Source of the DNA: an uncultured Clostridium sp.
Lineage (GTDB): Bacteria; Bacillota; Clostridia; TANB77; CAG-508
Assembly: GCA_947057875.1 (NCBI GenBank)
Contig: CAMSEX010000002.1
Location: forward strand, 1 to 33,007
Direction of reading: 5' to 3'
DNA length: 33,007 nt
The notes beneath the pieces are model-generated. The model saw nothing but the letters and a program-made list of their open reading frames with translations. It searched no databases and had not been told where the DNA came from. The translations under genes were made by a program, and so were the position numbers. Below, piece by piece: positions 1-8,701 of the stretch. The stretch's first letter is position 1. Each line of letters opens with the position of its first letter.

Positions 1-32
1 CACTCTTTCCCTACACGACGCTCTTCCGATCT
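1..32. other. Illumina TruSeq adapter remnant at the contig end (non-biological)
   Basis: Bases 1-32 read CACTCTTTCCCTACACGACGCTCTTCCGATCT, which is the TruSeq universal adapter / read-1 primer minus its first A. The spoIIID frame runs directly into it and loses homology at 32/33. Confidence 0.95.
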
Positions 33-253
33 ATACCACCTCTAATATGCCTTTCTGCTTTATTTTCATCCAAAACTTTTCTGACTTCCATCGCTAATGT
101 ATAATTGATATCCAATAAACGTTGGCTTACATCTTTATGTACTGTACTTTTACTGATTCCAAACCTTTTTGCTGCTCCTCGTACAGTGTCCTTTGTATCT
201 ATTATATATTGAGCAAGTTTAATTGCTCTTTCTTCAATTGACATTCCCTTCAT
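33..253 (-). CDS. spoIIID: Stage III sporulation transcriptional regulator SpoIIID, 3' end truncated by the contig/adapter junction
   Basis: The translation MKGMSIEERAIKLAQYIIDTKDTVRGAAKRFGISKSTVHKDVSQRLLDINYTLAMEVRKVLDENKAERHIRGG carries the SpoIIID HTH signature (FGxSKSTVHKD ... RHxRGG). A GGGGG Shine-Dalgarno lies 7 nt before the ATG at 253. Confidence 0.85.
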
Positions 254-265
254 TCTGATAACCCC

Positions 266-299
266 CAAACAAATACATTTGCTTAATTGTATTCGTTTG
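266..299 (-). promoter_or_regulatory. Imperfect hairpin abutting the spoIIID RBS; function unclear (5' UTR structure, or weak terminator of the upstream gene)
   Basis: The arms are caaacaaataca (266-277) and tgtattcgtttg (288-299), with 11 of 12 positions complementary and a 10-nt loop. There is no U-tract on the minus strand, and the 3' arm runs into the GGGGG SD. Confidence 0.3.
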
Positions 300-350
300 A
301 AAGTTGTCTTAGAACTATCCCTTATTTTTTATCTTTCTCATATCAACACT

Positions 351-920
351 TCATTCATAATCCTCTAAAATAGCACTCAATTTTCCTTCTCCAAAAACAG
401 GAATTCCTTCCTCCAATTTGCCAATATCCTCTTCTGGCAAATAGTCCTTTGCAATATCCGTTGACTGATATTGATTCAATTCTCCTAAAGTTCCCACTCG
501 ATAAATATTTACTAAATCATTATCCAACTTAATTAAAAAATGTTGATTACAATATCCATTTATTTCCTTGGTTAAAACTAATTCATTTTTAGCAAATTTC
601 TCCACTTTCCAATCTGCGTAATACTCTTCCACTTCTTCTTGCGTTAGGTTCACAAGTTCATATGGAATCTCCGCTTCTTCATAATCAAAATGACTGCACT
701 CATCATAATATTTTTTTAATGCAAATGTTGTATTGGGAGAAACTTTTTCCTCTGAACTTGCCGTTGTAACAGCATTTTCATTCTGTGAAACATTTTGTAT
801 TTCATTTACCATTTTCGCTTCACTTACCTTTGGTGTTTTTTTTAACAAACCTACAAATCCACCCACAACTGCTGCAATTAAAATAATCAAAATCATTATA
901 AAAAGATATTCTTTTCTCAT
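351..920 (-). CDS. Membrane-anchored protein with a BofC-like C-terminal region (functional assignment tentative)
   Basis: It has an N-terminal TM helix (FIMILIILIAAVVGGFVGLL). The C-terminal part (HFLIKLDNDLVNIYRVG...GIPVFGEGKLSAILEDYE) resembles BofC-type domains from memory. An AGGTGA SD lies 5 nt before the ATG at 920, and the gene is adjacent to spoIIID. Confidence 0.55.
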   Translation of the reverse strand: MRKEYLFIMILIILIAAVVGGFVGLLKKTPKVSEAKMVNEIQNVSQNENAVTTASSEEKVSPNTTFALKKYYDECSHFDYEEAEIPYELVNLTQEEVEEYYADWKVEKFAKNELVLTKEINGYCNQHFLIKLDNDLVNIYRVGTLGELNQYQSTDIAKDYLPEEDIGKLEEGIPVFGEGKLSAILEDYE

Positions 921-961
921 AATACTCACCTTCGCTAGTATTATGGGCGAATTTTGGCAAA

Positions 962-1459
962 TTATACAAAATAATTACTAATTTCTTCTAATCCCTTAAA
1001 TTCGCATTGCCTAAAAATATCATACGCCACAATCGCAACTGAATTTGACAAATTCAGCGAACGCAAACCTTCTTTCATAGGAATACGAATTGTTTTATCT
1101 ATGTATTTTTGCAAAATATCTTCTGGCAAACCTTTGGTTTCCTTACCAAAAAGAATAAAAATTTCATTCAATTTAGAATAATCAAAATCAGAATAAACCT
1201 GTTTTCCCTTTGTTGTCACAAAAAACATATTTTTCTCTTCTGGCTGATATTTCTTCAAAAAAGCCTCAAAATTCAAATGCTCTTCGATTTCTAATTTGTC
1301 CCAATAGTCCAAACCTGCTCTTTTTACTTGTTTTTCTGAAATAGAAAATCCCAGCGGATACACCAAATGCAACTTTGCCCCTAACGCTGCACAAGTTCTT
1401 GCAATATTTCCCGTATTTTGTGGAATTTCAGGCTCCACCAGCACAATATGTAATTTCAT
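962..1459 (-). CDS. trmL: tRNA (cytidine/uridine-2'-O)-methyltransferase TrmL (SpoU/TrmH family)
   Basis: The sequence MKLHIVLVEPEIPQNTGNIARTCAALGAKLHLVYPLGF...GKETKGLP...IRIPM...RSLNLSNSVAIVAY is the typical small SPOUT methylase. Its start overlaps the upstream stop as ATGA. Confidence 0.85.
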   Translation of the reverse strand: MKLHIVLVEPEIPQNTGNIARTCAALGAKLHLVYPLGFSISEKQVKRAGLDYWDKLEIEEHLNFEAFLKKYQPEEKNMFFVTTKGKQVYSDFDYSKLNEIFILFGKETKGLPEDILQKYIDKTIRIPMKEGLRSLNLSNSVAIVAYDIFRQCEFKGLEEISNYFV

Positions 1460-2067
1460 TTCTTCTCCTTTTCTTTTTTATCTAAAATTTTCTTTATCGT
1501 GTTCCACCAAAATTCACTTAATTTCAGTGAATTTATATTCGTTACATCCATAAAATCTTTATAATTTTCTTTTGACAAAAAGATAACTCCACTTGATTCT
1601 TTATCTAATTTTATAAATGGATATTCAGTCAATTTAAGTAAATACACGGTAGCTACATAATGTGCTTTATCTCCATTTGAATACTCTAAATCATGTTCAT
1701 TCATTTCTAAAAAATCCAATTGCTCTTCTAAAATTTCCAAACCCGTTTCTTCTTTTATCTCCCTGATAGCTGCCTCAATTGAAGTCTCATTATCTTCTAT
1801 TCCTCCACCAAATATTCCTATTTTATAAGCTTCATCTGCACGAATTTGAACCAAAATTTTATCACTTTCATTTGGTACTGAAACCAATATTACAATTCCA
1901 GTAGATTTCATCTGTATTGGAAGATGCCTATCAATCTTGTTCTTTTCCAGCCAATCACGAATTTCTTTAAAACTTTTACCTTTAAAATACTTTTCTTTGG
2001 TATCAAAACTCACACTTTTTTCCTTTTTAATTTTCTCTACTAATTGCTGTTGTACCAAGTCTTTCAT
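1456..2067 (-). CDS. NUDIX hydrolase
   Basis: It carries the Nudix box GGGIEDNETSIEAAIREIKEETGLE. An AAAGGAGAAG SD precedes the ATG. Confidence 0.85.
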   Translation of the reverse strand: MKDLVQQQLVEKIKKEKSVSFDTKEKYFKGKSFKEIRDWLEKNKIDRHLPIQMKSTGIVILVSVPNESDKILVQIRADEAYKIGIFGGGIEDNETSIEAAIREIKEETGLEILEEQLDFLEMNEHDLEYSNGDKAHYVATVYLLKLTEYPFIKLDKESSGVIFLSKENYKDFMDVTNINSLKLSEFWWNTIKKILDKKEKEKK

Positions 2068-2108
2068 TTCTTCTCCTTTTCTATGTAATAAGGACGTTTT
2101 TCACGTCC

Positions 2109-2883
2109 TTACAAATCCCCCAAACGATAATAATAAGATTTTACCCCGTTTAGCAAACTTTCTACATAAATTTGATTTTTATTTTCCTCTTCAATAATCA
2201 TATTCGGATAATTAATCAGTATTTTTTCATTATCATAATAATTATTAATCAAACCAGTCAAATCATCGCTTTTTTCTATTTGAGCATATTTTTCTTGAAC
2301 TTGCGTTTTATTATTAATATTCAAATTTTTCTCAGTCGCAATTCTGTAATAAAACACTTTCAAAGTATACGCTGTCAACACTGCATCTAAGCAAAAAAAG
2401 GCAACCAACAAACCAACACCAATCTTAAAACCATTTTTCTTTGGTTGCATTTTTTCAATCCATTTATCTACATAAGGATTGACATACTTGATTAAAGCAA
2501 TTGCCAAAACACCCCATGAAACTGCAAAAAATAAGCATGTTCTTCCCTGAATATTGACCAAATATTCAGAATAATCCCACCATTTGATGCCAAACATTTT
2601 CTCACAAATGAAACTCATTAAATATTCTACAATTGCTCCGCAAAATTGCACCACCAAAAAATAATTTGACGTTACTTTTTTCGCCTCGCAAAGCCAAAAT
2701 CATCACGATTGCACCAATTCCATAAATAGCACAAAATGGTCCATACAGAAAACTTTTTCTACTCTCTAAAACTCCCTTTGTAAATAATCCAAATACAGTT
2801 TCTATTAAAAAACCTGCAATGCTATACAAAATCAAATACATAAAAATGGTCCAAATATCAATTTTTTTTACTGTTTTTTCCAT
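2109..2883 (-). CDS. Polytopic membrane protein of the putative ABC-transporter type IV / CmpB-like family, interrupted by a +1 frame change at in-frame CGG (2640-2638)
   Basis: ORFs 2602-2883 and 2109-2657 are the two halves of one family member (YSIAGFLIETVFG...GPFCAIYGIGA ... GAIVEYLMSFICEKMFGIKWWDYS). The junction ttg CGG agc becomes ttg (c) GGA gca. A conventional annotator would call this a pseudogene. Confidence 0.7.
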
Positions 2884-2944
2884 ACACGAACACTCCTTTT
2901 ACCTTATTGTTCCAATTTGGTAAAAAAATATTCATGATTTGTTT

Positions 2945-3520
2945 TTAAATGCAATTATTCTCTTTCAAAATGTCATAAACACGATGAATTGGGAGCCCCA
3001 AAACAGCTGGATAATCTCCTTCTATTTTCTCAATAAATACTGCAAAAACGCCTTGTATTGCATAGGCTCCTGCACAAAAATAAGGTTTTTCAGAATCCAC
3101 ATAATGCTCAATCTCCAAGTCTGTCATTTTTTTCACAAAAACCGTATTTTGTGAAAGTTCTTTATAGCATTTAACTTGTCCATTTTTTTCGATTAAAACC
3201 ACTATACTTGTATAAATCTTATGCGACTTTCCTTGAATTGTCTTCAACATTTCGATAGCTTCTTCTCTGGATTTTGCTTTACCGAACTTTATTCCATTCA
3301 CAATGACTAAAGTATCTGATCCAATTACACATCGCTCACCTGTGGTTTTAGCAAAAACCTCTTTCGCCTTTCCGTAAGCAATTTCTTTAGATTGTTCTTC
3401 TAAGCTTAAAGCATTATTTACTTTTTCATCAAAGTCGCTTACCATTACTTCATATGGAATTTTCGCCTGTTTCATTAAATCTTGTCTTCTTGGCGAACCT
3501 GATGCCAAAATTATCTTCAT
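2945..3520 (-). CDS. maf: Maf-like nucleoside triphosphate pyrophosphatase (septum formation protein Maf)
   Basis: The translation reads MKIILASGSPRRQDLMKQAKIPYEV...GSDTLV...GKAKSREEAIEMLKTIQGKSHKIYT...GAYAIQG. Confidence 0.9.
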   Translation of the reverse strand: MKIILASGSPRRQDLMKQAKIPYEVMVSDFDEKVNNALSLEEQSKEIAYGKAKEVFAKTTGERCVIGSDTLVIVNGIKFGKAKSREEAIEMLKTIQGKSHKIYTSIVVLIEKNGQVKCYKELSQNTVFVKKMTDLEIEHYVDSEKPYFCAGAYAIQGVFAVFIEKIEGDYPAVLGLPIHRVYDILKENNCI

Positions 3521-3530
3521 TTTTTCTCCT

Positions 3531-5864
3531 TTATTTATAAATCACTTTTATACTTTCTAAACGATACATTATCGAATAACTTGGCGCCACTTTACTAATT
3601 GTAACTATTGGTTTCAAAATTTCTTGATTATCTGGCACAACCACTTCAATCGTTTGTTCCTTTTTTTGCCCCATTGCATTCAAAATAACATTTTTAGAAA
3701 CAGAAAAATTGGAACTTCCATCTTCAATGCCAATTTCAAAAGTACCAACTGTTTCATTCATTCCTGCATGAGGACCATGTTGCGTATCTGATATCGTAAT
3801 CAACAATTTTGAAACTTGTGCCCTTGGTGCTGTAGAATTTAACTTTGATGTAGTGACAGTATCTGTTACCACAGCCCCATTTTGCGGAAATACTTTATAT
3901 CCTTGTGATACTGGCAAAGCATTTGTTTTGTAAGTATCAATCCTCTCTTTTGCAATTCCAATATAAGCTGCCGTTTGTTTGGCATTGTCATCACTTCCAC
4001 TCGTATTTTTTAAACTTTTAATCCTTTTATAATAGTCAGTTTCATCTTTTTCTAAAAACAAACTTCTATCATAATAGTTTCCTGTGTTAATACAAGTATA
4101 GCATGCTAAATTTCTATGGTCATAGCTATATTCGGTTGAAGCAGGTTTCAAAACTTTATCAAACTTTACTTCCTTTGACTTAAAACTCATGAATCGATCA
4201 CTTGTAGCATTCCAAACTGGGCAATCAATTCTATGATAATCTGACTTTGTATCATTAAATTTATCACTTTCTACATAATAAATTTCGCTTGGTGTAACTG
4301 TTAATTCATTATTCGTACTACAAACCATTTGATAATTATTATAAATATTTAGTCCACAATTCCAACCTTGCATAAATGAGACAATTGAAATATTACTCAA
4401 AATTTTATCCCATTCTTCTTCTTCTAAAACAGGCAAACTAAAATTATAAGAAGTGTTCATAGTATTGGTGTAGGCTGAAATCGCCAAATTTAAATTATAC
4501 TTAATCGAATTTTTGATAACCTCCAATTTATGAATATAAAAGTTTGACTTTTCATCTTCTGGGTCTTGGCTTTCGTCAAAAATCTTTCTACTATCTGTAT
4601 CTTTAAATTCATAATAAATACTTGTTTCCACACCAGAAGAAAATTCATAACTATCAATAGAGTCTATTTGCTGGATACTTCCATATGTCACATCTCCTAA
4701 ATTATCATAAACCCAATTTGAAAAAATTTGTGAACTAATATAATAAGCTACCGCCTTGCAATTTTGAATTTCATATTCGATTTCATTAATTGCATTTAGC
4801 AAACTCGCTGTTGCTGGATTTTTTCCTTCATCATATTCCTCATACATTTTTGCTAAATATACTTCTGCGTCTTTTATTGTTTTAATTTCTACCTTATATT
4901 TTGCATCCAAAGCATCTGCTATCTTTTCAAAATGCGAAGTTATCGTTCGACCATTGACTTGAACACTTGCATTTCGTGCTGCAATAATAGTTTCTTCATC
5001 TGCTACTTTATTCAAACCTAAAATTTTATTTTTCGCATCTTCTTCATTTAATTCAAAAATATCGCTATCATTAATGCCTTCAATATGTGGATTTTTTACC
5101 AAATCTTTTTCAATTAAATAACCTGTTTTGGTATAATAAATATCATTAATTGTCCCTACAATATTGAGATAATTATCCAATGTATAATTAATCGTTACAT
5201 CTTTATTTCCTTGCACATATCTTCCTGAATATTGAACATAAGACTTTAAAATATAAGAATCTTTTTCTTCTTTTAGCTTGGCATGTTCACGATAAATAGT
5301 ATATTCCCTGCCACCACTTTTTGTCTTATCTGCTTCATATAAAATATCTCCATAAACAGCACTGTCTGCTCCTTCTATTTGTCCATCTGGTATGATTTGA
5401 ATTCCTGTTGTTTTATCCATTTCACCATAAAATTGATAGCCTTCTGTCTTGATTAAACCATCGCCTTCATCTGTTGTTTTTTGTGCCACAACTGGCACTT
5501 GCGTAGGTGCATAAATATAGTAACCATCATACAGTGTGTACAAAACTGCTGGTATATATGGTTGCAACAATTGTCTACTGGCATTTGACATCCCTAAACT
5601 GGTTGCCAATGTATCCAAAAATACATTATTAGAAGCTTCTATAATACTCCTCATGGAATCCGCCACACTGGACAAGTCCTCATTTGCTGTGTTCATCTCG
5701 AAAGCAGACATAGCACTATAAGTAGCTGTCAATAATTTTGTATTATATTGATTTTCAGTCGCAATCGTATCAACTTGCAAATGAATATAAAAAGTAACCA
5801 CTAATATAATTGGCAATAAAATAATTGCTAGTACAACTGCTAAACCATCTACTTTCATAATCAT
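3531..5864 (-). CDS. Large (about 775 aa) N-terminally anchored protein; last gene of the Tad-like locus; candidate minor pilin, tip or adhesin component; function unknown
   Basis: This long ORF has a single N-terminal hydrophobic helix (GLAVVLAIILLPIILVVTF) like the pilin-like genes upstream. An AGGAGA SD is present, and the ATG at 5858 is the better-spaced start. I recognise no other motif. Confidence 0.6.
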   Translation of the reverse strand: MIMKVDGLAVVLAIILLPIILVVTFYIHLQVDTIATENQYNTKLLTATYSAMSAFEMNTANEDLSSVADSMRSIIEASNNVFLDTLATSLGMSNASRQLLQPYIPAVLYTLYDGYYIYAPTQVPVVAQKTTDEGDGLIKTEGYQFYGEMDKTTGIQIIPDGQIEGADSAVYGDILYEADKTKSGGREYTIYREHAKLKEEKDSYILKSYVQYSGRYVQGNKDVTINYTLDNYLNIVGTINDIYYTKTGYLIEKDLVKNPHIEGINDSDIFELNEEDAKNKILGLNKVADEETIIAARNASVQVNGRTITSHFEKIADALDAKYKVEIKTIKDAEVYLAKMYEEYDEGKNPATASLLNAINEIEYEIQNCKAVAYYISSQIFSNWVYDNLGDVTYGSIQQIDSIDSYEFSSGVETSIYYEFKDTDSRKIFDESQDPEDEKSNFYIHKLEVIKNSIKYNLNLAISAYTNTMNTSYNFSLPVLEEEEWDKILSNISIVSFMQGWNCGLNIYNNYQMVCSTNNELTVTPSEIYYVESDKFNDTKSDYHRIDCPVWNATSDRFMSFKSKEVKFDKVLKPASTEYSYDHRNLACYTCINTGNYYDRSLFLEKDETDYYKRIKSLKNTSGSDDNAKQTAAYIGIAKERIDTYKTNALPVSQGYKVFPQNGAVVTDTVTTSKLNSTAPRAQVSKLLITISDTQHGPHAGMNETVGTFEIGIEDGSSNFSVSKNVILNAMGQKKEQTIEVVVPDNQEILKPIVTISKVAPSYSIMYRLESIKVIYK

Positions 5865-5878
5865 TCTCCTTTGTTTTT

Positions 5879-5912
5879 AAAAAAAATTGACTTTACTAAA
5901 AATAAAGTCAAT
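5879..5912 (-). terminator. Intrinsic terminator inside the pilus locus, between the 174-aa and the 777-aa genes
   Basis: The minus strand carries a 10-bp stem (attgacttta / taaagtcaat) with a 7-nt loop, followed by a run of T (A-run 5879-5885 on the plus strand). Confidence 0.7.
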
Positions 5913-5931
5913 CTTCTTCATTCTATTTTAT

Positions 5932-6456
5932 TTAATCATTTCTACCAGACGTTACAATTCCTGAATGTGTCGCATTAACTTGATATGCTCCATTTGAAGA
6001 AGTTGAATAAAATACACTTCTTAAAGTTTGAGATATAGTTGTATTATTATTTTTTGCTGTACAAGTAATTTTATCTCCCTCTTTCATTTGCCAATAACCT
6101 GCACCTTGCAATTCACTTAATATTTGAGAAGTATAAACGGAATAATAAACATTTTCTCCTACCACTTGCTTATTGGTCCATGCTGATTTTTTTCCTATAT
6201 TTTCATCTAAAACTTGCACTTCCATTTCAATGTCATATGAATTTCCTGTTGCATTTAAAGCACCTACTAATTTATCATAATTTGCCATAGTTATTTTCCC
6301 AATTGAACGTGAAGTATCTACAAAATCTGTTACTGCTGTTTCAACTGCTAATTGTGAAATATCATCTGTTCTTTCAGATACTGATAACATTGGAAATATG
6401 AACATTAGTACTACTGCTAAAAAAATAGCAACAACTGTCATTAAGGTATCTCCCAT
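5932..6456 (-). CDS. Pilin-like / pseudopilin-like protein (N-terminal hydrophobic helix, secreted body)
   Basis: The N-terminus reads MGDTLMTVVAIFLAVVLMFIFPMLS, and the remainder is hydrophilic and beta-rich. The gene sits in the pilin gene block. Confidence 0.55.
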   Translation of the reverse strand: MGDTLMTVVAIFLAVVLMFIFPMLSVSERTDDISQLAVETAVTDFVDTSRSIGKITMANYDKLVGALNATGNSYDIEMEVQVLDENIGKKSAWTNKQVVGENVYYSVYTSQILSELQGAGYWQMKEGDKITCTAKNNNTTISQTLRSVFYSTSSNGAYQVNATHSGIVTSGRND

Positions 6457-6478
6457 AAACTTAACTCCCCTTCTAAAT

Positions 6479-7174
6479 CTATTTTTTTGTATAAGTTATG
6501 ATAATCTTTGAACTTTCTTGTGTATTTCCTGTAATTGTTTCTAGACCATTTGCTGTAGAAATTGTATCACCTGTAAAGGCATATTCAACAACACTTTCTA
6601 TAAAAATCGTTTCATTTGTATATTTTCCTAAAAATCCACCTACTACACCTTTAAACGCAGGACTTTCTTTACTGTAATCCACTAGTGTATTATTGATATA
6701 TCCTTTTGTACCATGTAAGAAAAAATCGACTCTAGCTCTGGTATTTTCATTTGTACTACCTGTCCAAGGAGCTTCAAATAAGTAAGCTGGATTGTCAGCT
6801 TTATTATAAATTGACTTTTTTAATGATACTAATTCTTTGTCAACGCCTTTGGTATCTGCCGCAGCTCTTGCAATTTTTCCTTCTAGATTGACATCAAAAA
6901 TTTGAAGTAAGGTAGCACCATCATAAATTTTGACAGTATAATTTTCTTTATAATAACGATACAATACTGAAACAATCGTATCTACCGTCACTTCCCTTGT
7001 ATTTTCTCCACTTTCCACTTCAATATTATCATAATATTTAGAAGCAGATACTGTATCTAATAGCACTTCTGAAGTTGACATTAAATGGTTAATTAAATAC
7101 ATCGAATACGAAAATCCAATCACAAACATCATCATACTAAAGGCCATTATCAAAGCTTTTGTAACATTCTCCAT
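6479..7174 (-). CDS. Pilin-like protein, divergent member of the MENxxKAL family
   Basis: The N-terminus MENVTKALIMAFSMMMFVIGFSYSMYLI is related to the MENASKAL paralogs. Confidence 0.6.
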   Translation of the reverse strand: MENVTKALIMAFSMMMFVIGFSYSMYLINHLMSTSEVLLDTVSASKYYDNIEVESGENTREVTVDTIVSVLYRYYKENYTVKIYDGATLLQIFDVNLEGKIARAAADTKGVDKELVSLKKSIYNKADNPAYLFEAPWTGSTNENTRARVDFFLHGTKGYINNTLVDYSKESPAFKGVVGGFLGKYTNETIFIESVVEYAFTGDTISTANGLETITGNTQESSKIIITYTKK

Positions 7175-7196
7175 ATCATTTAACCTTTTCTAATTT

Positions 7197-7652
7197 CTAA
7201 ATTTGCTCAATTATAATTTTTACAATTAAGCCACTTGTGCCATAATCAGCAGTTACTCTATAATTGTTTTTAGAAATAATATCATTTTTCATATTACTAA
7301 TAGAATTTATGTAATTTTGAAGGTTTGATTCAGCTGATTGTCCACCTGTTATCTCTGCTCCGCCTTCTAATTTAATGGCTGGCAATTTACTTGGTTCATC
7401 TTGATTAGTATTAGCATTGGATATAGCAGATGAAAGCATGGTTTTTACTTGAGAACCTAAAATACCTCTTCCAGAATTGCCTGTCAAATATTTATCAAAT
7501 TTTTTATTGAACATATCAATCTCAGCTGCATCTAAACTTTCTGTACTTGCTGCTCCTTGTGCTTTATTAAATATTGTTACTCCCATTGCAACAATTAAAA
7601 CTGCTAACAGAATAGAACCAGCTATGATTAACGCTTTTGATGCATTTTCCAT
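7197..7652 (-). CDS. Candidate major pilin, MENASKAL family (paralog of 7674-8114)
   Basis: The N-terminus reads MENASKALIIAGSILLAVLIVAMGVTIFNKAQGAASTESLDAAEIDMFNKKFDKYLTG. The protein is small (151 aa), and an SD (AGAAAGGA) is present. Confidence 0.65.
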   Translation of the reverse strand: MENASKALIIAGSILLAVLIVAMGVTIFNKAQGAASTESLDAAEIDMFNKKFDKYLTGNSGRGILGSQVKTMLSSAISNANTNQDEPSKLPAIKLEGGAEITGGQSAESNLQNYINSISNMKNDIISKNNYRVTADYGTSGLIVKIIIEQI

Positions 7653-7673
7653 ATTCTCACGTCCTTTCTGTTA

Positions 7674-8114
7674 CTATGGTCCTGTAGAACCTCCACCTGA
7701 ACCGCTACCAGTATAAACTTTTATATCACATGTATCAATTATTCCATCTGCTCCACCATTTGTAAAGCTTACATTATAAGTTGTATTTGTTTTTACACTA
7801 CTTAATACCCCTCTAATATCTGCTGAAGCATCAGAAGACAATGATGGTTTGTCGATTGATACAGTAATGATTCTATCTTCATATTCTTCATTGTTTTTTG
7901 CAATCATGTTTAATAAAGTTCTAACTTGTGTTCCTTTAATTCTTCCTTCATATGCTGTAAAGGTTTGATTGTGAGAGTCAATTTCTTGAGCACTCATATC
8001 TGCATTTCCTGTTGCAGAACTTGCGCTATTATATATATTCATACCTAGCGCGATAATTAAAATTGACAAAAGTATAGCACCTGCTATAATTAACGCTTTT
8101 GACGCATTTTCCAT
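7674..8114 (-). CDS. Candidate major pilin, MENASKAL family, with a Gly/Ser-rich C-terminal tail
   Basis: The N-terminus reads MENASKALIIAGAILLSILIIALGMNIYNSASS...QEIDSHNQTFTAYEG, and the tail is YTGSGSGGGSTGP. A GGAGGA SD is present, and a possible own promoter lies at 8167-8196. Confidence 0.65.
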   Translation of the reverse strand: MENASKALIIAGAILLSILIIALGMNIYNSASSATGNADMSAQEIDSHNQTFTAYEGRIKGTQVRTLLNMIAKNNEEYEDRIITVSIDKPSLSSDASADIRGVLSSVKTNTTYNVSFTNGGADGIIDTCDIKVYTGSGSGGGSTGP

Positions 8115-8192
8115 AATTTTTTCCTCCTTTGTTTTAACAAAAAAATATAATTTAATAATTTATTTTAATATACTTTCACGTATATATTAAAA

Positions 8193-8627
8193 TCAATATT
8201 TAGATAATACAAATGTCATTTCGGCAATTTTTCCTGTTTTTTCATGATATTTTACGTCTGCACATTTGAACGTTATTTCTCCAAAAAGTGATGTAAAATC
8301 TGTCAAACCAATTTGGGCAATTTCCTCCATTGGCGAAGGCTTGTCCTCTGCCTTCAAGCATACATAAATTTTTATGCTATTTGTCCCATTTGAAATATAT
8401 TGATTTTTTTCATCTTTGGGGACAGCATAAGTCTCATTGTTATCCATTGCTTTATTAATAATTGTTGTAATATCTGTTCCCAAAATCGCTTCTTGATTGT
8501 AAAACTCATATTCTCTATTGAATTTTTGAGCTTCTACCTGTGCCATAGTCATTTGCTTATAATTCATATAAATACAAATTATAATTGTTAAAAATATCAA
8601 TAATATTACAAGAATCGCCTTTTTCAT
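8193..8627 (-). CDS. Pilin-family paralog lacking the MENASKAL leader (signal/anchor MKKAILVILLIFLTIIICIY)
   Basis: It shares the post-helix motif QKFNREYEFYNQ...G.D....INKAMDNN with genes 8702-9229 and 9246-10001. It also shares their C-terminal motif FKCADVKYHEKTGKIAEMTF. Confidence 0.6.
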   Translation of the reverse strand: MKKAILVILLIFLTIIICIYMNYKQMTMAQVEAQKFNREYEFYNQEAILGTDITTIINKAMDNNETYAVPKDEKNQYISNGTNSIKIYVCLKAEDKPSPMEEIAQIGLTDFTSLFGEITFKCADVKYHEKTGKIAEMTFVLSKY

Positions 8628-8642
8628 ACTTATTCCTTTTTC

Positions 8643-8671
8643 ATTTTAACATATAATTTTTCTAATTTCAA
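8643..8671 (-). promoter_or_regulatory. Sigma-A-type internal promoter upstream of 8193-8627
   Basis: The minus strand reads TTGAAA (8671-8666), 17 nt, TAAAAT (8648-8643), with TGT immediately upstream (extended -10). Confidence 0.45.
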
Positions 8672-8701
8672 TATATTTTTAGAAAAAATATTATTTTTCT
8701 G

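Noticed and set aside
733-981. Many ORF-track entries run antisense to, or are nested within, longer conserved genes. Examples are 733-981, 1109-1294, 1937-2197, 2172-2390, 2939-3154, 5536-5721, 7477-7716, 8400-8591, 9766-10188, 9861-10043, 10523-10708, 11055-11240, 11363-11611, 12172-12501, 13110-13358, 14527-14724, 15077-15262, 19166-19417, 19500-19691, 22261-22497, 22289-22543, 23034-23282, 24677-24970, 26842-27183, 28148-28432, 28604-28825, 31504-31752 and 32041-32400.
   Set aside because: Each overlaps a longer ORF with clear family motifs on the opposite strand or in another frame. They lack Shine-Dalgarno sequences, and their low-complexity F/L/I/S/K-rich translations are typical of antisense frames in AT-rich DNA.
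8167-8196. TTGATT-18-TATATT upstream of the 146-aa pilin gene could be a dedicated major-pilin promoter.
   Set aside because: The match is weak, the spacer is 18 nt, and the -35 overlaps the preceding stop codon. It is plausible but not strong enough to list as a feature.
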